64,000 nucleotides of DNA from an uncultured Gammaproteobacteria bacterium (GTDB taxonomy: Bacteria > Patescibacteriota > Microgenomatia > UBA10105 > UBA927): positions 179,273 to 243,272 of the forward strand of contig CAZGOA010000001.1 of NCBI GenBank assembly GCA_964527425.1. The letters are read 5' to 3'. Position 1 is the first letter of the stretch. Every line of letters starts with the position of its first letter. Under the pieces are notes generated by a model. The model was not told the DNA's origin and made no database searches. It was given only the letters and a program-made list of their open reading frames with translations. The position numbers and the translations under genes are program-made. Shown here piece after piece: positions 19,889-29,950 of this stretch.

Positions 19889-20743
19889 CTAAATAAATTC
19901 TTGAAGTAAATCATTAAAAAATGGAGTTTCCAGAGATTGTTCTACTAACGGCTTTTCTTGTAATGCTGGCTCTAGAGATTCTGCAGTTGGACGGTCTTCT
20001 TTGTAGAGAATTCCTAACGGAATTTTATCACCCCATTCTTGCGCTTTTTCATACGCTTTTAGTTTGTTAGTCGGATCATAATCATCGTTTACATAATACA
20101 CTCTTTCTCTATACCACTGATATGTATGAACTTTGTCAAACGTGACACATGGTTGTAAGACATCTACTAATGAAAAGCCTTTATGTTGAACAGCTTGAGT
20201 TAAAAGATTTGTTAAACCGACCGTATCTCCTGAAAATCCGCGAGCTACAAACGTCGCTCCTGTAGTAATAGCTAAGGATAATGGATTAATAGGGTTGTCT
20301 GTCACCCCTTCTGGTGTTGACTTAGTCTTAAATCCTTGTTTAGCTGCTGGAGAAGCCTGACCTGTAGTTAAGCCGTATACTTGATTATCATGTAAAATTA
20401 CTGTGACATCGGGATTTCGTTTTGCTGCATGAATGAAATGATTTCCTCCTTCACCAAGCCCATCACCGTCTCCTGAAATACATATTACTGGAAGATTGTG
20501 ATTTGCTAATTTTATTGCTTGTGCAACAGGCAACGTTCTTCCATGAAGGCCTACAAATCCGTATATTTTCATCCAATTATACATATTGCCATGACAACCT
20601 ACACCGTACACACACACTCCATCGTCAGTTCCTATATCCATTTTGACCAACGCATCTTTTAGTGACGACCAAATTCCAAAATCTCCACATCCGGGACACC
20701 AAGTTGGCATATGATTGGTTAAAAATGAACTTTGAGTTACCAT
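19889..20743 (-). CDS. korB: 2-oxoacid:ferredoxin oxidoreductase beta subunit (TPP-binding, KorB/PorB-like)
   Basis: 284 aa. N-terminal WCPGCGDFGI cysteine motif and GDG...TPP-binding region. Confidence 0.85.
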   Translation of the reverse strand: MVTQSSFLTNHMPTWCPGCGDFGIWSSLKDALVKMDIGTDDGVCVYGVGCHGNMYNWMKIYGFVGLHGRTLPVAQAIKLANHNLPVICISGDGDGLGEGGNHFIHAAKRNPDVTVILHDNQVYGLTTGQASPAAKQGFKTKSTPEGVTDNPINPLSLAITTGATFVARGFSGDTVGLTNLLTQAVQHKGFSLVDVLQPCVTFDKVHTYQWYRERVYYVNDDYDPTNKLKAYEKAQEWGDKIPLGILYKEDRPTAESLEPALQEKPLVEQSLETPFFNDLLQEFI

Positions 20744-20804
20744 ATATTTTTTTTCATCTTTGTTCTAACGTCTTAAATCTAATTTGTCTTGAGACTGTTG
20801 AGAG

Positions 20805-22544
20805 TCAGGATGATATTTGTTCTATAATTTCTTCTGGAAAAAAAGGCCTCCCATCATATTTTAGTATTCGATTACTTATTTCTATTCCTGTATGTTCTCG
20901 TATAAGTGATGCTAATTGTGCAGTTCCATTTTGTTCTATATCTATATATCGACATTCTTTTGAGAAAAGTTCCTGTGTTTGTTTTTCAGGAAATGGATAT
21001 ATCCATTGATATTGTATAACTCTGACTTTTTTACCGTTAGTATTCAACATAGTCATAGCCTCAAGTACTGGACCAACTGTTGAACCCCATGTAACGAGAG
21101 TTATTTCTGGTGTATCTTGCTCACCATATACTTTAGGTGCCCATATATCAGACTGCATTGCTTTTATTTTTTGTAACCGCTTATCAGCCATTTTTTTACG
21201 CATCTTTGGGTCTTCTGTTACTAAACCATGCTCATCATGTTCATATGCATTAGAAAAAAACTGACCTTTTTTCATGCCGGGAAGACTTCGAGTAGATACG
21301 CCATCTGACACGTCTAAGGAGTACCGTTTAAAGTCTTCATGAGCAAGAAGCTCATCCTGACTGATTAACTTTCCTCTATCTATATTAAAAGGTGCTTCTA
21401 ATGTTTTTTTGTTAACTGTCCACTGGCTTTCGTTTAAATATTTATCTGTAAGTACAAAAACAGGAATTTGATATTTGTCAGCTAAATTAAAGGCCTCTGC
21501 AGTACAGGTAAAACATTCTTCACAATTACCAGGTGCCAGAACAATTCTTGCAAATTCTCCGTGACCCGCTCGTATAGCAAATTGAAGTTCACCTGCTTCT
21601 GTCCATGTAGGCATTCCTGTTGCAGGTCCAACTCTCATTCCTAAATCTATAACTACTGGAACTTCCATAATACCTGCCAGGGATAACGCTTCAACCATGA
21701 GCGCAAACCCTCCACCTGACGTTGCTACCATACTTCTTACACCAGCATATGATGCTCCTACAGCCATATTCATGCCTGCAATCTCATCTTCTGGCTGCTT
21801 ATAAACGATACCTAATTGTTTAGCGTGATCTGCCAGAAAAGTAATTACTGCGTTAATTGGCGTCATAGGATAAATGGCTGCAAACTTCATGCCAGCTTTT
21901 ATCGCACCGAGGGCTAATGATTCACTTGCATTTAAAATTAACTGGTCTTGTTCTTTTTCACGTTTTTCAAGAAAAAATTCTTGATATTGTGAATAATTTG
22001 ATTTGACATGATCGTATCCCACTTTAGCTAAATCAATATTGTAGTTCACTACCTGCTCACCTTTTTTTGAAAACTGATCGGCAATTACTTCCTGTAACCA
22101 TTCAAAATTTCCATCTAATACAGCAACCGTTGCACCAAGTAAAATGGTATTACGCATTACTGGATCTGCATTTTTTTGTCGTACCATTTCTTTTAACGTA
22201 ATAGGTAATAATTGTACAGGTTTTGAAAAATCTTCCGCTTTCCAGTCATAATCTTGAGGGTCATACAGCACGATTGCGTTATCTAATAATTCATCTTTGT
22301 GTAATGTTACTGTTTCTTTATTCAATGCAGCCAGAATGTGAACATCTTTATTTAACGCATAAAAAGGTTCTTTTGAAACACGAACCGTAATTAGATTATG
22401 TCCTCCTCTGATTAACGAAGGATATTCATTTGTAGCCAGAATGTGATACCCATGTCGCGAAAATGTACGAGCTAACATTGTCCCGGAAGACATTATTCCA
22501 AACCCTGCTTCGCCGCCTATTTTCCAAGTAATTGAAGGACGCAT
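20805..22544 (-). CDS. korA: 2-oxoacid:ferredoxin oxidoreductase alpha subunit (fused gamma-alpha type, KorA-like)
   Basis: 579 aa. N-terminal GGEAGFGI gamma-domain motif followed by the alpha catalytic domain. Length as in two-subunit OFORs. Confidence 0.85.
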   Translation of the reverse strand: MRPSITWKIGGEAGFGIMSSGTMLARTFSRHGYHILATNEYPSLIRGGHNLITVRVSKEPFYALNKDVHILAALNKETVTLHKDELLDNAIVLYDPQDYDWKAEDFSKPVQLLPITLKEMVRQKNADPVMRNTILLGATVAVLDGNFEWLQEVIADQFSKKGEQVVNYNIDLAKVGYDHVKSNYSQYQEFFLEKREKEQDQLILNASESLALGAIKAGMKFAAIYPMTPINAVITFLADHAKQLGIVYKQPEDEIAGMNMAVGASYAGVRSMVATSGGGFALMVEALSLAGIMEVPVVIDLGMRVGPATGMPTWTEAGELQFAIRAGHGEFARIVLAPGNCEECFTCTAEAFNLADKYQIPVFVLTDKYLNESQWTVNKKTLEAPFNIDRGKLISQDELLAHEDFKRYSLDVSDGVSTRSLPGMKKGQFFSNAYEHDEHGLVTEDPKMRKKMADKRLQKIKAMQSDIWAPKVYGEQDTPEITLVTWGSTVGPVLEAMTMLNTNGKKVRVIQYQWIYPFPEKQTQELFSKECRYIDIEQNGTAQLASLIREHTGIEISNRILKYDGRPFFPEEIIEQISS

Positions 22545-22623
22545 AATAATAGACTATCACATTATCGACAGTTGTTAATATACCTACTGTCGGGATATGT
22601 TTGTTTGATCATTCACAACATAG

Positions 22624-22800
22624 TTAATCGCCACAACAAGGATCTTTATATCCACAGTTTTCACAATGTGCATCATGACCACCCGGCATTCCATATAAAT
22701 CACATCCACAAGAAGGACACGAACGAGCATTCCATTGTCTGGGAAGTGGAACAGAAGATGTTTGGACGTTAGAAATATCAGGGATAGATTTGTTTTCCAT
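22624..22800 (-). CDS. small Cys-rich zinc-ribbon/rubredoxin-like protein (58 aa), not in the supplied ORF track
   Basis: Manually translated: MENKSIPDISNVQTSSVPLPRQWNARSCPSCGCDLYGMPGGHDAHCENCGYKDPCCGD. Two CxxC pairs about 17 residues apart plus a CC pair. ATG overlaps the last 23 nt of the ferredoxin gene. It sits between the ferredoxin gene and korA. Confidence 0.45.
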   Translation of the reverse strand: MENKSIPDISNVQTSSVPLPRQWNARSCPSCGCDLYGMPGGHDAHCENCGYKDPCCGD

Positions 22801-23032
22801 CTTTATCAGTGATAATAATTGCCATAACTGGACATCCTTTGGCAGCGTTTAATAAGGTTTCATCTGTTTCCTGATCTGCTGTATCTAATATTATTGCTTT
22901 TGCTTCATCATCAAGCGTCCATGCTTTAGGTGCTATTGCTATACATGTTGCTGCACCAATACAAAGACTTCTGTCTATGCTCATTGTTGTGTTACGAATG
23001 ACTCGTTGCTGCTTAGGGTCGCGTTGATCCAT
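22778..23032 (-). CDS. small single-cluster ferredoxin (Pyrococcus-type Fd-like, third ligand position is Ala)
   Basis: 84 aa. CIGAATCIAIAP...CPV pattern resembles the C-x5-C-x3-(C/D)-P...CP mono-cluster ferredoxins. Confidence 0.6.
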   Translation of the reverse strand: MDQRDPKQQRVIRNTTMSIDRSLCIGAATCIAIAPKAWTLDDEAKAIILDTADQETDETLLNAAKGCPVMAIIITDKDGKQIYP

Positions 23033-23071
23033 ATTTATTACTTATATCTAAACCTACTGATTATCACAAGT

Positions 23072-23461
23072 CTAAAGATTAGGTTTTAGTGAAGTAGTTA
23101 ACGCCTTTTGAAGAACTTGGAGCGGTAATACTCCACATTTTGTTCGAGAAGGTGTTAACTGAGTCCCTAACATCTCTACAATATCATTCACAGTAAGTTT
23201 CTTAACTGCCTCAATAGTCATACCTTTTACTTTTTCTGTAAGCATAGATGCTGACGCTTGACTAATAGCACACCCTTCTCCAGAAAATCGAATATCTGAA
23301 ATATAGGAGTTTTTACCTTTGTATTCTATAGAAATTTCCATATTAATTCTGTCTCCACAACTCACATTTGCATCACTTACTATGGAATCTGCATGATCTA
23401 AATGTCCAAAATTTCTGGGGTTTTTGTAATGATCTAAAATAATTTCTCTGTATATATCCAT
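23072..23461 (-). CDS. sufU: SUF system zinc-dependent sulfurtransferase SufU (IscU/NifU-like)
   Basis: 129 aa. Conserved Cys at CGD, GEGCAIS and KCG positions of U-type scaffolds. Confidence 0.85.
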   Translation of the reverse strand: MDIYREIILDHYKNPRNFGHLDHADSIVSDANVSCGDRINMEISIEYKGKNSYISDIRFSGEGCAISQASASMLTEKVKGMTIEAVKKLTVNDIVEMLGTQLTPSRTKCGVLPLQVLQKALTTSLKPNL

Positions 23462-23462
23462 G

Positions 23463-24692
23463 TTATTTATTAAATACTGTATAAATATTTCCTAGGGATT
23501 TAACCAACACATCAATTTCTTCTTTTGTTGTGTATAAATAAAACGAAGCTCTCGCTGTTGAAGATACGTTCATCTCAATATGTAAAGGCATTGCACAATG
23601 ATTACCTGAACGAATACAAATATTATCGTCGTTGAGCATTTGTGCTATATCATGTGGATGTGCACCTTTCATGGTAAAAGAAATCACACCACCGCGAAAC
23701 TGAGTCTCTTTGGGACCATATACTGTTATATATGGTAATTGTTCCAATTGGTGTAAGGCATAAGAAGTAATTTCTTCTTCATGTTTTCTTATTTGATCCA
23801 TTCCAATACTGGACAAATACGTAATTGCACTCCCAAATGCTATTACTTCTCCAATTGCTGGTGTTCCAGCCTCGAATTTATGTGGTATTTCTTTATATGT
23901 TGTCTTTTCGTTTGTAACCTCCCCAATCATTTCACCACCATATAAAAAAGGAGATAGTTCTTCTAATCGTTCTTTTTTACCCCACAAAACGCCAACTCCT
24001 GTTGGACCGAGCATCTTATGTCCTGAACACGCCACAAAATCTGCATCCCATTGGTTTACATTTACATGCATATGAGGAATAGCTTGCGCAGCATCTACAA
24101 CAACGATACAGGAAGGATTAATTGTTCTGACAGCTTTGACTATTTTTTCTACCGGATTTATAGTACCTAACACATTGGATACAGCAGTAAATGCAAATAT
24201 TTTGGTTGTTTTATCAATATAAGTATTGAGCACCGACACATCGAGTGGTGCATCATGAGGGACAGATAGTACTTTAAACGACGCCTGTTTTTTTAATGCT
24301 AATTGTTGCCACGGCACAAAATTAGAATGATGTTCAAGTGCAGTTACAACGACAGAATCACTTTTATCTAAACGTTCCGAAAGCCAACTATAGGCAACTA
24401 TATTTAGCGCTTCTGTTGCATTTCTCACAAAAATAACCTGTTCTGGATCTGAATGGACGAAGGCTGCAAATAGCGTTCTTGTTTTTTCATATAATTCTGT
24501 GGCTTCTTCGGAAATGGTATATATTCCTCTAAAAATATTGGCTGAATACTTACTCATATAGTCATTCATTGCTTGGATAACTTTAGTTGGCTTTAATGTT
24601 GTTGCTGTTGAGTCAAGATAGACAAGAGGTTTATTGTTTATGGTTCTTTTAAGAATTGGAAAATCTTTACGTATTGATGTGAGATTAATCAT
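23463..24692 (-). CDS. sufS: cysteine desulfurase SufS (class II aminotransferase V)
   Basis: 409 aa. SGHKMLGPTGVGVLWGK PLP-lysine motif. C-terminal CAMPLH-type active-site Cys region (HCAMPLH). Confidence 0.9.
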   Translation of the reverse strand: MINLTSIRKDFPILKRTINNKPLVYLDSTATTLKPTKVIQAMNDYMSKYSANIFRGIYTISEEATELYEKTRTLFAAFVHSDPEQVIFVRNATEALNIVAYSWLSERLDKSDSVVVTALEHHSNFVPWQQLALKKQASFKVLSVPHDAPLDVSVLNTYIDKTTKIFAFTAVSNVLGTINPVEKIVKAVRTINPSCIVVVDAAQAIPHMHVNVNQWDADFVACSGHKMLGPTGVGVLWGKKERLEELSPFLYGGEMIGEVTNEKTTYKEIPHKFEAGTPAIGEVIAFGSAITYLSSIGMDQIRKHEEEITSYALHQLEQLPYITVYGPKETQFRGGVISFTMKGAHPHDIAQMLNDDNICIRSGNHCAMPLHIEMNVSSTARASFYLYTTKEEIDVLVKSLGNIYTVFNK

Positions 24693-24701
24693 AGTTAACC
24701 A

Positions 24702-25013
24702 TTATACTTCTATATAAATATCATTCCCTGTAATTTTCACCTTATATGACCCTACAGGTTGTGTTGCAGGAAGTGATAAGACATCACCTGTTGTGATATC
24801 AAACTGTGCTCCATGACATCCACAGATAACAGCTGTCCCATCAAGAAATCCTTGTGTACCCAATGAACATTGGGCATGACTACAGGTATCATCTATTACA
24901 AAATATTCTCCTTCTACACAAGCAAGCGCTATTCTTTTACCAGCGACACGGATAGTTTTCATAGTACCTTCTACCACATCTGTTATTTCGGCAATTTTTA
25001 TCCATTCTGCCAT
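24702..25013 (-). CDS. Rieske [2Fe-2S] domain protein
   Basis: 103 aa. CSHAQCSL and CGCHGAQF Rieske boxes (CxH...CxxH). Confidence 0.8.
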   Translation of the reverse strand: MAEWIKIAEITDVVEGTMKTIRVAGKRIALACVEGEYFVIDDTCSHAQCSLGTQGFLDGTAVICGCHGAQFDITTGDVLSLPATQPVGSYKVKITGNDIYIEV

Positions 25014-25633
25014 AAATACTCCATTATTTTTTTTTCGTATGTTTCATGTTCTATTTTTGAAATCGCATCTTGCAGAAATCCTCTCACAATTAATTCTATT
25101 CCTTGTTGTTCATCAATACCTCTACTCTTCATATAAAAGAGTTGATCTGGATTTACATGACCAATCGTTGCTCCGTGGGTACATCGAACATCGTTGGCTA
25201 GTATTTCTAAAGAAGGTTTACTTTGTGCATGAGATTTTTCGGATATCATTAAATTTTCATTCCGTTGATAGGCATCAGTCTTTTGACCTTGTTTTTCAAC
25301 TCGAATGGCCCCGTCAAACGAAAATGTCGACTCGTCTGTTAATACACTCTTAATCAACAAATTACTTGAAGTATCAACAGCCTGATGATGTTGAAGTGTT
25401 TTTAAAGAAATATGATTTTTCTTGCTGTTGAAAAATACACCAATGATTCGTGCACTTGAACCTTTGCCTTTTAATCGAATATACATTTCACCACTAATAT
25501 GTTTCTTAGGAGCTGCATATACAACAAGGGTTAAACTACTTCCTTCCATCACGCTATAATCTCCTGATGCTTCTTCTTCAAGATCGTGAAGTACTATCTC
25601 TTTTTTATAGGAAGATATTGTTTTACCCTTCAT
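24998..25633 (-). CDS. sufD: SufD-like Fe-S assembly protein (short form)
   Basis: 211 aa. C-terminal region (DEQQGIELIVRGFL) homologous to the SufB/SufD C-terminal helical domain. Shorter than typical SufD. Confidence 0.6.
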   Translation of the reverse strand: MKGKTISSYKKEIVLHDLEEEASGDYSVMEGSSLTLVVYAAPKKHISGEMYIRLKGKGSSARIIGVFFNSKKNHISLKTLQHHQAVDTSSNLLIKSVLTDESTFSFDGAIRVEKQGQKTDAYQRNENLMISEKSHAQSKPSLEILANDVRCTHGATIGHVNPDQLFYMKSRGIDEQQGIELIVRGFLQDAISKIEHETYEKKIMEYLWQNG

Positions 25634-25638
25634 ACGTA

Positions 25639-27036
25639 TTATCCTATTGATCCTTCCATTTGTAACTGAATAAGTCTATTCATTTCTACCGCGTACTCTA
25701 AAGGTAATTCTTTAACGATTGGTTCGATAAAACCATTAACAACCATTGATTCTGCCATTTCACCTTTGATTCCCCTGCTTTGAAGATAAAATAATTGTTC
25801 GTCACCAATTTTTGACACTGTTGCTTCATGTTCTATTTGAACTTGTTTTTCATGGATTTGCATATCTGGGTAGGTGTCTGAACGAGATTGCTCATCGAGT
25901 AGTAAGGCATCACATACAACTTTACTTTTGCAATTGAAAGCAGCTTTATCAACTTGCACTAACCCACGGTAGGATGTTCTCCCACCATGTTTACTTATCG
26001 ATTTTGAAATGATCTGCGATGTTGTTTCTGAAGCAACATGTATCGCTTTTCCTCCAGCATCTTGATGCTGTCCTTTTCCTGCATACGCGATTGATAATAC
26101 CTCTCCTCTCGCTTTACGTCCCATTAAGTACACACTTGGGTATTTCATGGTAACTTTACTTCCTAAATTTCCATCAACCCATTCCATTGTTCCTTCTTCT
26201 TCAACACGGGCACGTTTTGTAACGAGATTATAGACGTTGGTACTCCAATTTTGAACAGTAGTATATCGTACACGTGCTTGTTTTTTTACTATTATTTCTA
26301 CAACAGCACTATGTAAAGAATCTGTTGTATATATTGGTGCAGTGCATCCTTCAACATAATGTACGTAACTTCCTTCATCAGCAATAATCAGTGTTCGTTC
26401 AAATTGACCCATATTTGCAGCATTTATTCTGAAATATGCCTGAAGAGGCAACTGTACATGCACACCTTTAGGGACATAAACGAATGAGCCACCTGACCAT
26501 ACAGCGGAGTTAAGGGCAGCAAATTTATTATCAAGTGGAGGTATAACGGTACCAAAATAGGTCTGTACAAGTTCTGGATATTCTCGCAATCCGGAGTCCA
26601 TGTCTAAAAAAATAACTCCTTGTTTGGACAACGATTCATGAATACTTTTATAGACAACTTCTGATTCGTATTGTGCGCTGACACCAGCTAAAAACTTTTT
26701 TTCTGCCTCTGGCATTCCAATTCGATCATATGTCTCTTTAATTTCTGGTGGTAACTCTTCCCAAGAGGCAGCTTTATCTTTTGTAGGTTTAATATAATAG
26801 TAGATATCTTCAAAATTAATCCCTGATAAATCTGCTCCCCAAGGAGGCATTGATTTTTTTCGAAAATAAGTATGACTTTTTAATCGAAACTGTCTCATCC
26901 ACTCTGGTTCATTTTTATAACCACTGATATCTTTTATTACCTGTTCGTTTAAGCCTTTTTGGGATTTATACACATAATTCTCTGGTTTTGAAAAACCCAT
27001 GGTATACGTATCATTTATAAGCTGTTGATTTGTCAT
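25639..27036 (-). CDS. sufB: Fe-S cluster assembly protein SufB
   Basis: 465 aa. Strong similarity to the SufB beta-helix core and C-terminal region (LFYLQSRGI...GF). Confidence 0.9.
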   Translation of the reverse strand: MTNQQLINDTYTMGFSKPENYVYKSQKGLNEQVIKDISGYKNEPEWMRQFRLKSHTYFRKKSMPPWGADLSGINFEDIYYYIKPTKDKAASWEELPPEIKETYDRIGMPEAEKKFLAGVSAQYESEVVYKSIHESLSKQGVIFLDMDSGLREYPELVQTYFGTVIPPLDNKFAALNSAVWSGGSFVYVPKGVHVQLPLQAYFRINAANMGQFERTLIIADEGSYVHYVEGCTAPIYTTDSLHSAVVEIIVKKQARVRYTTVQNWSTNVYNLVTKRARVEEEGTMEWVDGNLGSKVTMKYPSVYLMGRKARGEVLSIAYAGKGQHQDAGGKAIHVASETTSQIISKSISKHGGRTSYRGLVQVDKAAFNCKSKVVCDALLLDEQSRSDTYPDMQIHEKQVQIEHEATVSKIGDEQLFYLQSRGIKGEMAESMVVNGFIEPIVKELPLEYAVEMNRLIQLQMEGSIG

Positions 27037-27051
27037 ATTAGAACATACTGT

Positions 27052-27861
27052 TTAGGATACATACTGCTTATATCCATTTTCTTCTATTTCGCGTGCAAGA
27101 TTTGCATCTCCTTGTTTCACAACATGACCTTTTACGAGTACATGCACATGATCTGGTGAAATGTAAGAGAGTAGTCGTTGATAGTGTGTAATGATAATGA
27201 CGCCAGTTCCTTGTTTTTTAAGCATGTCTATTCCTGACGCTACTACTTTTAATGCATCGACATCAAGACCAGTATCAATCTCATCAAAAATTGCATATTT
27301 TGGAGCTAATATAAGTGCCTGTAACATTTCGAGTTTCTTTTTTTCTCCACCAGAAAATCCATCATGTATGCCTCTGGTTAAAAACGTATCATCCATATGA
27401 AGTATTTTGGCAAAGTCTTTTATTTTTTGCATAAATTCTGATAAGGAAATATCTGAGGCATTCCATCGTCTATCTAATACTGGATTTTGAGTCGTTTTCT
27501 GGACTCTTGAGGGATCTTTATGAATTTCTTGATATGCAGTTCTCATTAAATTAATCACACTTACACCTGGTACTGCTATTGGTGATTGAAACGCCAAAAA
27601 TAATCCGTATTTTGCTCTTTCTTCTGGTTCCTGGTTGCTCAACTCATTTTTACCAATTTTTATTGAAACGTTACTATTGCATTCATATCCTGGATGTCCC
27701 ATTAAAGCGTAGGCCAATGTTGATTTTCCACTTCCGTTGGGACCCATCACTGCATGAACTGTGCCTGGCTGAATTGTCAATGATACTCCATGTAATATTT
27801 CTTTTCCTTCAACGGAGACTTTTAAGTTTTGAATATTAAGTGATTCTTTATTTTTTTTCAT
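27052..27861 (-). CDS. sufC: Fe-S cluster assembly ATPase SufC
   Basis: 269 aa. Walker A GPNGSGKSTL, ABC signature LSGGEKK, Walker B ILDEID. Confidence 0.9.
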   Translation of the reverse strand: MKKNKESLNIQNLKVSVEGKEILHGVSLTIQPGTVHAVMGPNGSGKSTLAYALMGHPGYECNSNVSIKIGKNELSNQEPEERAKYGLFLAFQSPIAVPGVSVINLMRTAYQEIHKDPSRVQKTTQNPVLDRRWNASDISLSEFMQKIKDFAKILHMDDTFLTRGIHDGFSGGEKKKLEMLQALILAPKYAIFDEIDTGLDVDALKVVASGIDMLKKQGTGVIIITHYQRLLSYISPDHVHVLVKGHVVKQGDANLAREIEENGYKQYVS

Positions 27862-27866
27862 ATGAT

Positions 27867-28688
27867 TTATAATGTCGTTGAAACGGAATCTTTTTTACCC
27901 ATAAATATTTCTTCCTCTCCTTGCATTCGCAATATGTAATACTCTTGATATACCAATGGTTGAGAATCTATTAAAATAAATTTTTCTACATCCTCGCGCT
28001 GTGTTTTATGTTTAGATAAGGCTCGAATTTTTTGTTCAGTATATTCAGATATATCAATAACCGTTGTTATTTTTTTGTCATCAATAAGCGGCCATGGTTT
28101 TCCATATGATTCTTGTGGCACTACATCATGTTTCAAAAGGAATTCTGAAACTTCTTGCGGTATACATCCATAATATAATTTCGGTTCTTCACGATGAGTA
28201 TACCCTCCTAATTTTGTCACAAACTTACGACGTGGATCCCTTGAACCTAACATTTCACCTTTAACAAAATAATTCGCATACTTTTGAAAGGCATACGTAG
28301 CAGAAAGACAAACTTTGATATGATCTGGATGATTCGTTATTCCCCTAGGTTCAAATGTAACAACAATATCTGGTTCAATTTCTTTTAATTTTTTATATAA
28401 TTTGTCTTCTAATTCTCCTGGTTCTATATTTTTTAGCTTTCCGTCCATATAATCCATCATCTGTATTTTTTTTATACCAAGCACAAAGGATGCTTCTTCC
28501 AATTCTTTAATCCTCGCTTGCGCATACTGTTCTTGTGTTTCAAATCCATGTTCTGCCCATTCTAACTGACCGGAGGTTACACAGATAAGTTCTACTATAT
28601 CCCCTTGTTTTGCATATTTTGCTATTGTGCCTCCTGCGAGAAATGATTCATCGTCAGGGTGAGCAAAAATAAAGAGTAATTTTTTCAT
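27867..28688 (-). CDS. PIG-L/LmbE family N-acetylglucosaminyl deacetylase (BshB-like)
   Basis: 273 aa. AHPDDE zinc-binding motif near the N-terminus. Confidence 0.75.
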   Translation of the reverse strand: MKKLLFIFAHPDDESFLAGGTIAKYAKQGDIVELICVTSGQLEWAEHGFETQEQYAQARIKELEEASFVLGIKKIQMMDYMDGKLKNIEPGELEDKLYKKLKEIEPDIVVTFEPRGITNHPDHIKVCLSATYAFQKYANYFVKGEMLGSRDPRRKFVTKLGGYTHREEPKLYYGCIPQEVSEFLLKHDVVPQESYGKPWPLIDDKKITTVIDISEYTEQKIRALSKHKTQREDVEKFILIDSQPLVYQEYYILRMQGEEEIFMGKKDSVSTTL

Positions 28689-28981
28689 AACGTATGGGTA
28701 TCCTAAACCATTTTACTTAGTGCTACAATCCATATAATAATGCGTACTTATTATAATTTACCTATCGTTACAGACGACACAGTACTGTATTTAATCAAAT
28801 TCTATATAACTCGAAAACGTTTTTATTGTCAGATATGTTATAACTTCCTTCAAACAATTATACGAATTTTGACAGTATATCATCTGAACTCACTTATGAT
28901 AAATCAGAGAGCAAGTAACATCTCTGTCTTAAAATACACTGTAAAACTGTAAAATAATATAGTTGTTAAAAACATATACCT

Positions 28982-29950
28982 ATGAAAACAATACGATTGA
29001 GCACTTCTAATTCTGATATACAACAAGCTGCAAAATTATTACGTTCTGGTGAACTTGTTGCTTTTCCAACTGAAACTGTGTATGGATTAGGTGCATCTAT
29101 ACTTCAACCACAAGCTATTACTGCTATTTATACAGTAAAAGGGAGAGCCAAAGACAATCCATTAATTGCCCATATATCTGACCGTTCTCAACTATCACTG
29201 TTAACGGATGAAGTTTCCGATATGGCTCACATACTTATGGATGCATTTTTTCCTGGTCCTTTAACGATTGTATTTCCAAAACACCCAACACTGTCACCTG
29301 TTGTTACCTCAGGTTTAGAGACGATTGCAGTTAGAATGCCTTCCCATCCAGTGGCACATGCACTCATTGCTGCTTGCCGTGTCCCTTTGGTTGCTCCTTC
29401 TGCAAATCTTTCAGGTCATCCTAGTCCTACAACTGCACAACACGTGTTACAAGATTTGGATACACGAATTGCTGCTGTGATTGATGGTGGTACTTGTACA
29501 GTAGGAATTGAATCAACAGTACTTGATATAACCCAAAACCCCATTATTTTGCGTCCGGGTATTATCACAAAGGAAGAAATTGAACATGTCATTAAAACCC
29601 CTGTAGCATCTATTGTTGGAGCAATAGATACTGAAGCACCCGTTGCTTCTCCGGGAATGAAATATCGACATTATGCACCGAATGCTCCAGTAGTTGTTCT
29701 TAAATCATTACCACTGCTTGAAGAAGAATTACAGAAAAACCCTTATAAGCAGAGTATGGTAATTACTAATCAACAACTATCACCTTCCCTCCCTGTTTCT
29801 TTTGTACGTCCCTTGACAGAATATGATCTCTATGCCAACTTTAGGGAAGCGAATACTCTTGGTGTAGATCGAATTTATATACTTCTTGATAGCGATATAC
29901 AAAAACATGTAGGACTTATGAATAGAATTGAAAAAGCCAGTCAAACATAG
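28982..29950 (+). CDS. tsaC: L-threonylcarbamoyladenylate synthase (Sua5/YwlC type, YrdC domain plus Sua5 C-terminal domain)
   Basis: 322 aa. AFPTETVYGLGA YrdC signature. Length implies the Sua5 C-terminal extension. Confidence 0.85.
   Translation: MKTIRLSTSNSDIQQAAKLLRSGELVAFPTETVYGLGASILQPQAITAIYTVKGRAKDNPLIAHISDRSQLSLLTDEVSDMAHILMDAFFPGPLTIVFPKHPTLSPVVTSGLETIAVRMPSHPVAHALIAACRVPLVAPSANLSGHPSPTTAQHVLQDLDTRIAAVIDGGTCTVGIESTVLDITQNPIILRPGIITKEEIEHVIKTPVASIVGAIDTEAPVASPGMKYRHYAPNAPVVVLKSLPLLEEELQKNPYKQSMVITNQQLSPSLPVSFVRPLTEYDLYANFREANTLGVDRIYILLDSDIQKHVGLMNRIEKASQT

Noticed and set aside
22572-22772. His-rich 66-aa plus-strand ORF
   Set aside because: It is the antisense mirror of the minus-strand Cys-rich ORF (Cys TGT/TGC codons read as ACA/GCA, His-rich on the other strand). 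Every neighbouring gene for more than 10 kb is on the minus strand.
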